This document shows, piece after piece, positions 51,294-59,423 of a stretch of DNA of 64,000 nucleotides. Source of the DNA: an uncultured Gemmataceae bacterium (GTDB lineage: Bacteria > Planctomycetota > Planctomycetia > Gemmatales > Gemmataceae); the NCBI GenBank assembly GCA_963750165.1, contig CAVVPN010000004.1:128001-192000 (forward strand), given 5' to 3'. The notes under the pieces are model-generated. The model made no database searches, was not told the origin of the DNA, and saw nothing but the letters and a program-made list of their open reading frames with translations. A program made the position numbers and the translations under genes. Each line of letters opens with the position of its first letter. Positions within the stretch are counted from its first letter, which is position 1.

Positions 51294-53081
51294 TCAGGCT
51301 GAGAACAGTTCCATGCCGTCGATCACCGCACCGGCGATCTGTTGCTTCGTAATCAAGCCGCGGACGCTGTTGCCGAACACCTTGTCCGCACCGTCGGTCA
51401 CCACGGCGACGGCGGCGCCGGTGGCGCGCAGGCGCTTCATGACCTCGAGGAGCGGTGTGTCCGCGCCAACCGTGACGAACCTGCGCTCCGCCAGGTCGGC
51501 CAGCGTGTCTGGTTTCTCCGCCTGCCGCGACGGCCGCAGTACCGCGTCCCGGGTCAGGAAGCCGACGAGCCCGTCCGGCCCCTCGACCAGGAAGCAGGAG
51601 ACCTCTGGCCGCTCGGTCGCGATGCACGCAAAGTCCTCGACGCTGTCATCGGCCGGCACGTTCATGAATCGGGTGTCCATGACATCCCGTGTCTTTTTCA
51701 GAGGGTAGAAGTTCGCCTGGAGGGCGTCGGGGATGTCGTGACCCCGGCGGGCGAGCTTCTCCGTGTAGATGCTTTGGCGGTGGAGCACGGTTCGGACTCC
51801 ATAAGCCAGGGCCACGGTGATGGTCATCGGGATAATCACGGTGTAGTCCAGCGTCATCTCGTAAATCATCACGATGGCGGCCAGGGCCGCCCCGGTGGAC
51901 CCGCCGACCACCCCGGCCATCCCGGCGACGGCAAACGCGGCCGGGTGGATCGGCAGTTCCGGGAAAAGTTGGCGCAGGACCAGCCCGTAGACCCCTCCCA
52001 GCGTGCCCCCCAGGAACAGCGCGGGGGAGAAGACGCCGCCCGAAGCGCCCGAGCCGAGCGTGAGCGAAGTGACCAGCAACTTCAGAGCGAACAGGACCAC
52101 GATCAGTAAGACCCAGGTCATTTCTCCCTTCAGCACGTCCTGCACGGTGGCATAGCCGACCCCCTCGACCTGGTAGTGTCCCGTGCCCAGGAACAGCCCG
52201 TACATGATGACCCCCACCACCAACATGCCCAGCATGTGGCGGGTGTAATAATTCCCCGGAATCCGGTTCTCGAAATAGTCTTCAAAGGCGTAGATGGACC
52301 GGATGTAAACCACGGAGACCAGGCCCGCGAGAACGCCCAGGCCGGGGTAGAGCAGCAGGACAAGCACATCGGTGGGATGAGTGCCGGAGGCCTGGAGAGC
52401 GGGCATCACGAAGGAAGGGTGGTCGCCGAGGGCGATCCGGGCAATGTACGAGGCCGTCACCGTGGCAATGGTCACCGGGACCAGCGTGCGCGCGCTAACT
52501 TCGTGGAGCATGATCTCCACGGCGAAGAGCACGCCGCCGATCGGGGTGTTGAAGGTGGCGGCGATGCCGGCCCCGGCGCCTCCGGCGATCAGCGTGACCC
52601 GCTGCCAGATCGGTACGCGCAAGACCTGGCTGAGTGTGGAGCCGAAGGAGGAACCAATCTGGATAATGGGCCCCTCCCGGCCCACCGACCCGCCGCTGCC
52701 AATCGACAGCGCGGAGGCGAGCGACTTGACCAGCGCCACGACGGGCCGGATCACGCCCTTGTGATAGTAGATCGCGTCCATGACCTCGGGCACGCCATGC
52801 CCCTTGGCCTCCGGGGCGAAGTGGCTGACGAGGAAGACAACGCCGACGGCCCCCAGCACGGGCACCAGGATGACGAACGGTCCCCAGGGGCTCGGCGGCG
52901 TGTGGGCGTTGGCGTCGTACAGCAACGCCCACTGGCCCAGGAAGAGGAGGTTGTGGAACAGGGCGATCAGGCCCCGGAACACCACCGCGCCCAGGGCTCC
53001 CACAACCCCGATCACGACCGACCAGGTGTAAAAGCCGAGCGGGCCGAGTTGCCTGGCCGGTGCCCCCGCCTGCGCGTTCAT
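51294..53081 (-). CDS. ClC-family chloride channel/antiporter with C-terminal CBS pair
   Basis: GHGVPE, GREGP (gating Glu), GGVFSP, Y-containing helix, two CBS domains. Confidence 0.93.
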   Translation of the reverse strand: MNAQAGAPARQLGPLGFYTWSVVIGVVGALGAVVFRGLIALFHNLLFLGQWALLYDANAHTPPSPWGPFVILVPVLGAVGVVFLVSHFAPEAKGHGVPEVMDAIYYHKGVIRPVVALVKSLASALSIGSGGSVGREGPIIQIGSSFGSTLSQVLRVPIWQRVTLIAGGAGAGIAATFNTPIGGVLFAVEIMLHEVSARTLVPVTIATVTASYIARIALGDHPSFVMPALQASGTHPTDVLVLLLYPGLGVLAGLVSVVYIRSIYAFEDYFENRIPGNYYTRHMLGMLVVGVIMYGLFLGTGHYQVEGVGYATVQDVLKGEMTWVLLIVVLFALKLLVTSLTLGSGASGGVFSPALFLGGTLGGVYGLVLRQLFPELPIHPAAFAVAGMAGVVGGSTGAALAAIVMIYEMTLDYTVIIPMTITVALAYGVRTVLHRQSIYTEKLARRGHDIPDALQANFYPLKKTRDVMDTRFMNVPADDSVEDFACIATERPEVSCFLVEGPDGLVGFLTRDAVLRPSRQAEKPDTLADLAERRFVTVGADTPLLEVMKRLRATGAAVAVVTDGADKVFGNSVRGLITKQQIAGAVIDGMELFSA

Positions 53082-53161
53082 CAGTCGCCTCCGGTCTTCG
53101 CGCTCCGGTCACTTCCACCCCAGCAAGGGCAGCAGGACAACGCTGACGGCCACGGCTTGTG

Positions 53162-53560
53162 TCACGACGAGCGCGGCACCGACCCCTGAGTGGCCGGCAG
53201 GTCAGCGTGAATCCAGGCCTCGGCCTGCTCGGCCTTGGTGTGATCGAAGTAGCGAACCGTGGCGGTGGTGAAGGGCTTGCAGAACGTCGCCATGCCGCGT
53301 TCCCAGGCCGTCTCACCGACCAGCGCCAGCCGTTCGATGTCCTGGAAGTGTTTCAGGTCGAACTTGATGTCCTCCCAGAGCGCGCCGGCCGTCCAGCCGT
53401 GGAAATCGTGCAGCTGAACCAGCATCCGCACCTTGCCGTGCTGCTTGATCAGGCGCTCGACTGCGGGGGTGACATGCTCGTAGTCCTCCTTGGTGAGTTT
53501 GCCCGTGAGCTTGATCGCCACGATCTTCCCACCAGCGTCCTCGTGCAGCTCGACTGACAT
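53162..53560 (-). CDS. STAS/SEC14 (SpoIIAA-like) protein
   Basis: GKLT.EDY, F.GW...ALWED.KF, RLALVG..W, VRYF......A.AW; AGGAG RBS. Confidence 0.88.
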   Translation of the reverse strand: MSVELHEDAGGKIVAIKLTGKLTKEDYEHVTPAVERLIKQHGKVRMLVQLHDFHGWTAGALWEDIKFDLKHFQDIERLALVGETAWERGMATFCKPFTTATVRYFDHTKAEQAEAWIHADLPATQGSVPRSS

Positions 53561-53660
53561 GGCCCGACTCCTCTCCTGGTTGAAAAATCCTTCTGCCGCC
53601 GGTCTTCCTCCGGACGACGCCTGCTTACTGCTTCAGAGTCAAGTGTACTGGGCGGGCCCA

Positions 53661-54125
53661 TCAGCTGCCTGCCAACTTTTTTGCATAGTAGTCCTTATCG
53701 ACTTCCAGATCGACCTTGCGCTGCTCCAGATCTTCCAGGAGGAAGCGGTACAGGTCCAGATTGGCAGCGCTGCCATTCCCGGTTGGCGCACGGAGCTTTT
53801 CTTTCTCGAACGCAGCCAGCAGCGTTTTTTGCCGCTGGCCCAGTCGATAGAGCTGGCCATCGATCCGCGCGAGCCGCTGCTGCAACACCTCCCGTCGCTC
53901 TTGCGGAGTCAGGGCAGGACCAAACGGGATGTTGCTCTCCACCTCAAGCTTTTCCCGCGGCTGTGGCGAAGAGGCCACGGGGGAGATGACACCCAGCAAC
54001 GTGAGTACCCCGAGGGTGCCCACGCCCAGACTGAGCAGACAAAGGACGGCGATGAGTGTGAACAAGATCGAGCGCCGCGCCTCCGCCTGGGGAGGAACCA
54101 TTGGCTTGTGAGAGAGCGTATCCAT
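53661..54125 (-). CDS. Hypothetical protein, one TM plus coiled coil
   Basis: Hydrophobic segment, then heptad-rich helices; GGGGGA RBS. Confidence 0.55.
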   Translation of the reverse strand: MDTLSHKPMVPPQAEARRSILFTLIAVLCLLSLGVGTLGVLTLLGVISPVASSPQPREKLEVESNIPFGPALTPQERREVLQQRLARIDGQLYRLGQRQKTLLAAFEKEKLRAPTGNGSAANLDLYRFLLEDLEQRKVDLEVDKDYYAKKLAGS

Positions 54126-54176
54126 GACGAATCCCCCCGTGGAAGAAACATCCAGAGCCGCTGTTATTCACGGTCA

Positions 54177-54212
54177 GGTTGCTGCTGACCGATAAATCGG
54201 TCAGCAGCAACC
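54177..54212. terminator. 17-bp-arm hairpin downstream of the site-2 protease gene
   Basis: ggttgctgctgaccgat-aa-atcggtcagcagcaacc; no clear U-tract. Confidence 0.5.
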
Positions 54213-54236
54213 CGACCCTATACTGGAACGATGCGG

Positions 54237-55457
54237 TCAGCGCTGGCCCACCGTCTCGCGCCGGTGCGCCGCCTGCGCCAGTCGTTCCGGTCTGGGGGCG
54301 CCGGGCTCCGCGTCCTCCAGTTCGAGCTTCAGATTGAGGAATTGCAGCAGATCCTTGAGACTGACGATGCCGACCAGGTGATCGCCCTCGGTCACCATCA
54401 GGCGACTGACGCCGCCGCGCTGCATCTTGCTCAAGGCTTCCAGGGCGTCGGCGTCTGCCGGAATGGTCAGCGCCGGCAGATCATTCATCATCACCTCGCC
54501 GACGGTGTGCTCGGCCCACTCGCCGCGCGGAATCTGATTCAGCACCTGGGTGGTGACCAGGCCCTCCGGCTGGCCATTCGACGCCACGGGGAACGCGCGG
54601 TGGTGGTAACGGTACACGTAGTCATCAACCCAGTGCAGCAGGTCGAGCGTCGGCGCGACGATAACGGGGCTGGGGTTCATGAAGCGCCGCACCGGTTCGC
54701 CCTGGAGCGCCTGCCGGATGAGCACTTGCTGGTAACCGCTCCGGGCCGCGCTGTTCAAAAAAAGCCCGATCAGGACGCACCAGATCCCGCCCCAGTAATC
54801 GTGGGAGAAGAACTGCACGACGCCCCAGGCGATCAGCAGCCAGGCAAAGGCCTCACCGGCGAAGGAGGCCCAGCGCGTCGCCCGCCGCACGTTGCCGGTG
54901 GCGGCCCACAGGATCGAACGCAGGACACGACCGCCGTCGAGCGGGAAGGCGGGAACCAGGTTGAAGACCAGCACGATGGCGTTGATCGTGGCCAGGTAGC
55001 CGAGCACAACCACGACCGGATGCGGCCACCCGCCCTGATAGCCCACCACGGCCAGAACCCAGAAAATGACGGCCAGGACCGCACTGACGAGCGGGCCCGC
55101 CACGGCCATGAGGAACTCGGTCGCGGCGGACTGTGGCTCGTCGCCGAGTTCGGAAACCCCGCCGAACAGGAACAGGGTGATACCGTTGATCGGCATCCCG
55201 CGCGACCGCGCCACCAGGGCGTGGCCGAACTCGTGCAGCACAATGCACGCGAAGAAGGCCAGCGCCGTGATCAGGCCCATGAGCCAGTAGTCGGCCGCCG
55301 CCAGCCGGGTCGTGTCCCCCGGAAAGTAATCGTGCAGGACAACGGGAAAACCCTCGGCAAAGCTCAGCGTGAGCAGAGCCAGAATGATCAGCCAGCTCAC
55401 GTCCACGCTGACCGGAATCCCCAGCAGGCGAAACAACCGCCAGCGCATACCAAACAT
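54237..55457 (-). CDS. Site-2 protease (M50) with CBS pair
   Basis: HEFGH, LFLFGGV, AGP, FNLVPAFPLDGGRVL, two CBS domains. Confidence 0.94.
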   Translation of the reverse strand: MFGMRWRLFRLLGIPVSVDVSWLIILALLTLSFAEGFPVVLHDYFPGDTTRLAAADYWLMGLITALAFFACIVLHEFGHALVARSRGMPINGITLFLFGGVSELGDEPQSAATEFLMAVAGPLVSAVLAVIFWVLAVVGYQGGWPHPVVVVLGYLATINAIVLVFNLVPAFPLDGGRVLRSILWAATGNVRRATRWASFAGEAFAWLLIAWGVVQFFSHDYWGGIWCVLIGLFLNSAARSGYQQVLIRQALQGEPVRRFMNPSPVIVAPTLDLLHWVDDYVYRYHHRAFPVASNGQPEGLVTTQVLNQIPRGEWAEHTVGEVMMNDLPALTIPADADALEALSKMQRGGVSRLMVTEGDHLVGIVSLKDLLQFLNLKLELEDAEPGAPRPERLAQAAHRRETVGQR

Positions 55458-55505
55458 GATGCTCCTCCAATCGTGACACAGGATTCTTCGGCGCCCCGGT
55501 AGCCC

Positions 55506-55946
55506 TCAGGCAGTTTTCTCCGGGAACGGCGCTTTCACGACCAGCACGGGGCAGGCCGCCTTGCGCACGACCTGCTCGGCGACGCTCCCTATCAGCAGGT
55601 GCGCCAGCCACGAGCGGCCGTGCATGCCCATCACAATCAGGTCGCACTTGACTTCCTCGGCGACACGAAGAATCTCGGCGACCGGGTCTCCGACTTCCAG
55701 GCGATACCTCACGGGAACTTTGGGGTCTGGTGCTTGCACCTGGCGTAACTGTCGTTCGAGCGCGGCCCGGTCGCCGCCGGGGGGCGGCACCAGGTTCCCG
55801 CCGGGACCGAGCGCCGGCGGCACCTCGACGTGCAACACGAGCAACCGGGCGCCGTGGTCCCGCGCCAACGAACAGGCCAGGTGAAACGCATGCTCAGCAA
55901 GAGGCGAGTAATCCGTGGGGTGAAGAATGGTGCCGATTCGGAGCAT
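55506..55946 (-). CDS. Universal stress protein
   Basis: ILHPTD.S..A..A...A, DLIVMG.HGR......GSVAE.V.R.A.CPVLVV; GGAGG RBS. Confidence 0.93.
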   Translation of the reverse strand: MLRIGTILHPTDYSPLAEHAFHLACSLARDHGARLLVLHVEVPPALGPGGNLVPPPGGDRAALERQLRQVQAPDPKVPVRYRLEVGDPVAEILRVAEEVKCDLIVMGMHGRSWLAHLLIGSVAEQVVRKAACPVLVVKAPFPEKTA

Positions 55947-55995
55947 CGCAAGCGGCCTCCCCGGGCGGCTACGCACTGGCTATTAAATGGTTGGT

Positions 55996-56011
55996 AGCAA
56001 GTGGCGTGCCA
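55996..56011 (-). promoter_or_regulatory. Sigma-54 (-24/-12) promoter candidate
   Basis: Minus strand TGGCACG-CCAC-TTGCT matches the consensus TGGCACG-N4-TTGCW, 50 nt upstream of the USP start. Confidence 0.75.
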
Positions 56012-56053
56012 TTTGCCCGGGCAAATTACGGCTGTCGTGCCTTCGTCGTCTTC

Positions 56054-56179
56054 CTGGAGCGGTTCACGAAGGGCAGGCGCACATGACGTGGCACGGCTCT
56101 CCAGAGCCGTGCGGTTTCCACCACGGCTCTGGAGAGCCGTGCCACGGTTTGTGGTCCACGCGCTGGCGAACCGCGCTAA
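56054..56179. mobile_element. MITE-like dispersed repeat, copy 2 (two internal hairpins)
   Basis: Colinear with 11641-11736: gagcggttca..aa.ggcaggcgcaca.gacgtggcacggctct...ggtttgtggtccac.cgct.gcgaaccgcgctaa. Confidence 0.6.
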
Positions 56180-56289
56180 GGGCTACTGGAGTAGAGGAAA
56201 TGCCCAGGAAAAACCTGGGATTGTCCGAGAATCTGTCGCCATCGTCCGGCAGCACGCCACGGCGAAGCGGTGCCGTTTGCGCGGCCTCC

Positions 56290-57072
56290 TCACGGCATCT
56301 CGCCGGGCAACTCCGGCGGCCGCGTCGCGCGGAACTCGAACGGGTCCGGCAGCACGAAGCGTGCGAACGGCTCCGGCGTCGCCCGCACCGGCACCGGCTC
56401 CGCCAGCACCGCCGCCCGGCTCACCTCGCCGGTCACGTCCGTCAGCGGTGCCCGCTCCGGCTGGAACTTCGCCAGCGGCGGCAGTTCCACCGGCGCCTCG
56501 ACGTTGACCGATGGCAGCCGCACCAATGGTTTGGCCGGCAGCGGCTGTTGCTCCGGCGTCGTCGTGTCCGTGGGCTGGCGCGACAGCGGCGCCTCCGCCG
56601 GCAGTGACCGCGGCAGCAGCGCCACCTGCGGCAGCTCGGCCGGCAGCCGGGGCCGGTCGCCGCGGACGGCCGCGGCTGTCGCCAGCGGGTTTTCGAGGAA
56701 CGCGGGGGCGGCCAGTGGCTTCCGCGGCTGTTTCTCCAGCGTCCAGGGCGTCGGCGGCGCGTCCGGCTGCAGAAACTCCGCGACCGCATCGCTGGCGGCC
56801 GGCTGCTGGACGGGTGCCTTCGCGGGCGCCGGCGCGGCCTTCACTGTGGCGGCGAACAGGTCGCTGCGCGACGGCACCTTGCAGCAGTCTGGCACTTCCT
56901 GGGTCTTTTCTGAAAATTTGATCGACAGGCCCGGTCTGAGGGCGAGCACCTTCGGTTTCTCCGCCTTCGACTGGTCCTCGACGGGCGGGACCACCTCCGT
57001 CGCCTGCCGCGAACAGCCGGCGGCCAGCGCCAGCGCCGCGGCCAGGAAGACCCCGCGAGAAAGCGCGTTCAT
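56290..57072 (-). CDS. Pro-rich putative lipoprotein
   Basis: Lipobox LAAGC; last gene of the minus-strand operon. Confidence 0.7.
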   Translation of the reverse strand: MNALSRGVFLAAALALAAGCSRQATEVVPPVEDQSKAEKPKVLALRPGLSIKFSEKTQEVPDCCKVPSRSDLFAATVKAAPAPAKAPVQQPAASDAVAEFLQPDAPPTPWTLEKQPRKPLAAPAFLENPLATAAAVRGDRPRLPAELPQVALLPRSLPAEAPLSRQPTDTTTPEQQPLPAKPLVRLPSVNVEAPVELPPLAKFQPERAPLTDVTGEVSRAAVLAEPVPVRATPEPFARFVLPDPFEFRATRPPELPGEMP

Positions 57073-57087
57073 CGACAATCTCCAGTC

Positions 57088-57144
57088 CGTAGTGCAGGCG
57101 TCCCGCCTGCGGGGCGGAATAGCAGGCGGGACGCCTGCACCACG
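57088..57144. repeat. GTAG/GTGG-type REP doublet
   Basis: cgtagtgcaggcgtcccgcctgc / gcaggcgggacgcctgcaccacg. Confidence 0.85.
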
Positions 57145-57146
57145 AA

Positions 57147-57833
57147 TTACTTCGCCACCTCAATGACCAGTTTGACTGGCGTGCCGGGCTTCGGCAACAC
57201 CTTCGTGTTGGTATCCAGTTTCAAGAACTTCTCGTATTGCAGCGTCAGACTGGTTTGGAAGACGCACTGGTTGGTGACCGGGAAGATGGTGATGAGCGTG
57301 CCGGACAGGTCGGCACCATACATCTTGTCATCCTTCTCCGGGTCGGGTTGCGTCAGCACGGAGCCGGTGAAGCGCCATTTGAATTTGGCCACGGGCTTGC
57401 CGTTCTTTTTATCCACCAGTGTCTTTTCAATGGACACGCGCCTGGTGCCACCGTCCGCCGTGGGCAGGTCCAGGTAGATGTTGCACTCCGGCCCCTGTGG
57501 TTCCTCCTTGGTGTCGCCCATGCGCGGCGTACCGGGCTTGAGGCCGAGTTGCATCAGGGCCTTGTGGACATCGCTCGGCTTGGCCTCAATGGTGACGACG
57601 GTTTCATGGGCCTTCTTGCCCCTGGGGTGCGGCCAGCAGGCGATGACCTCAATGGGATAGATTTCGCCCTTGAGGTGTTCCAGTTTGCGCGGCGCCACCC
57701 TGGCGTCGATGGTGACGGTGCGCTTGGCCTTGTCCACAACGACGCCGGACTTGCCGGCCCCGCCCTGCCCCGACAGCACCGGCGTCAGCGCCAGCAGCGC
57801 AACCAGCAGCCCTGCCATGCGAATCCGTGTCAT
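57147..57833 (-). CDS. YdjY-domain secreted protein
   Basis: AAGGAGG RBS, signal peptide, IE.IAC....K.HE.V.....P..VH.AL..LGL.PG, W.FTGS, G.LI.... Confidence 0.75.
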   Translation of the reverse strand: MTRIRMAGLLVALLALTPVLSGQGGAGKSGVVVDKAKRTVTIDARVAPRKLEHLKGEIYPIEVIACWPHPRGKKAHETVVTIEAKPSDVHKALMQLGLKPGTPRMGDTKEEPQGPECNIYLDLPTADGGTRRVSIEKTLVDKKNGKPVAKFKWRFTGSVLTQPDPEKDDKMYGADLSGTLITIFPVTNQCVFQTSLTLQYEKFLKLDTNTKVLPKPGTPVKLVIEVAK

Positions 57834-57882
57834 GAGATGGCCTCCTTCGCTTTTTTTCTGCCGCAAGCGGCAGAATTCAGAT

Positions 57883-59289
57883 TTATTCCCCAATACACAC
57901 CGCCGCGGTCGGCTGGCCGGCGTGCAGGCCTTCCAGGTTGCAGGTGGCGACGTACACCTTGCCCTGATGCACCGCCGGGCCGCCGTAGATCATGCCCGGC
58001 GCTTGCACGTCCGGGTGCTTGCCCAGGTCCAGCGTCCAGCGGCCGCCACCGGTCGCCAGTTCGATGGCATGCACCACGCCCTTCAGGTCGCCAACGTACA
58101 CCGTCCCGGCCGCGATGGCCGGCGGCGCGAAGCAGTTCGACTTCGTGTCATACGTCCAGCGCGAGCCGCCGTCCGCCAGGTCGTAGGCCCGCACCTTGCC
58201 GTCGGTCGCGGTGACGACCGCCAGGCCGTCCGCCAGCGCCGCGCACGACAGCACGCCCGCCTTGAGTTCCTTGCGCCACTTCACGGTGCCGTCCGCCAGG
58301 TGCAGCGCCACGACCTCGCCCTTCGCTCCTTTGAGTGTTTTGGTGTCATAGTTGACGCTGCTGCCGGCGACCACGACCACGTTGCCAAGCACCGCGGCGC
58401 CGCCCCAGGGATTGTACTTCAGCGGCGCCTTCCATTTCGTGGTGCCGTCCTTCGCGTCGAGGCAGTACAGCGCCCGGTCGCCGACTTTTTCCAGGTCCAG
58501 GAACGCCGTCGCCGCCAGCACGCGGTCGCCCACCACCAGCACGGGCGCATCGACGTGCCACTTTTCCTGGCCGACCTGCCACAAGCGCTTCGGCAGTGCC
58601 TTCGGCAGCTGGTCCTCGGTGGGTGGCACCGCGACCTCGTCGGTCTTGCGGTCCTTCTCATACTTGGCGAGCAGCTGCTTCCAGCGCTCGCTCTGGATTT
58701 TACGCACCTCCGCGGGCGTGCGCTCCTTGCCCTCCAGCGTGATGCGCTCCAGGTCAATGCACAGCACGCCCGCGGCGCCGCCGCCAATGTAGACGCGGCC
58801 CCGGTCGATGGTCGGCGAGCCCTCCAGATGGACGAGCTTGCCCGGCACGGGCAACTGCCACTGCGGCAGGCCATCGCTGACGTTGAGGCAGTGAAGCTGG
58901 GCGCCGTTGGTCTGGTGCATGCCGTCGCCAAAGATGAGGCGGTCGCCGACCAGGCCGGGCGAGCTGACGGTCGGCCGGTTCAGGTACGGCGTGGTCTTCG
59001 ACCACAGGACGCGCTTGTCGGCCTTCGGAGCAGTGCTCAGGCAGGCGAAATAGGCGACGTTGAAGGCGCCGAGTCCGGAGACGAAAAGTCGGTCGCTGGC
59101 GGGCACGGGCGCGGCGATAAAGTGCTCCTTCGTCTTGAGCGCCCACAGCACGCGCGGCGTCTTGGGGCCGGCGACGTTATCGGTGTTGCCGGTGCGCTGG
59201 CTGTTGCCGCGATAGGTAGCCCACGGCTCGACGGCCGCGGCGGGCAGCACGAAGGCGAGCACGGCCAGCGCGGGGAGAAGCTTGCTCAT
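57883..59289 (-). CDS. PQQ-like beta-propeller repeat protein (BamB-like), secreted
   Basis: W.TYRGN.QR.G start; repeated A/C.D...G...W blades. Confidence 0.88.
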   Translation of the reverse strand: MSKLLPALAVLAFVLPAAAVEPWATYRGNSQRTGNTDNVAGPKTPRVLWALKTKEHFIAAPVPASDRLFVSGLGAFNVAYFACLSTAPKADKRVLWSKTTPYLNRPTVSSPGLVGDRLIFGDGMHQTNGAQLHCLNVSDGLPQWQLPVPGKLVHLEGSPTIDRGRVYIGGGAAGVLCIDLERITLEGKERTPAEVRKIQSERWKQLLAKYEKDRKTDEVAVPPTEDQLPKALPKRLWQVGQEKWHVDAPVLVVGDRVLAATAFLDLEKVGDRALYCLDAKDGTTKWKAPLKYNPWGGAAVLGNVVVVAGSSVNYDTKTLKGAKGEVVALHLADGTVKWRKELKAGVLSCAALADGLAVVTATDGKVRAYDLADGGSRWTYDTKSNCFAPPAIAAGTVYVGDLKGVVHAIELATGGGRWTLDLGKHPDVQAPGMIYGGPAVHQGKVYVATCNLEGLHAGQPTAAVCIGE

Positions 59290-59316
59290 CACTGCGGATT
59301 CCTTGGTCAAGGGGTA

Positions 59317-59416
59317 TCACCACAAAGACACAAAGAACCACAAAGGAAATGCAAAGCGTATTGAACAAATTTCTCTCTTTGTATTTCCTTTGTGGTTCTT
59401 TGTGTCTTTGTGGTGA
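59317..59416. repeat. Hairpin with CACAAAG short-period arms
   Basis: 40-bp arms tcaccacaaagacacaaagaaccacaaaggaaatgcaaag / ctttgtatttcctttgtggttctttgtgtctttgtggtga, one mismatch. Confidence 0.9.
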
Positions 59417-59423
59417 ATCCAAT

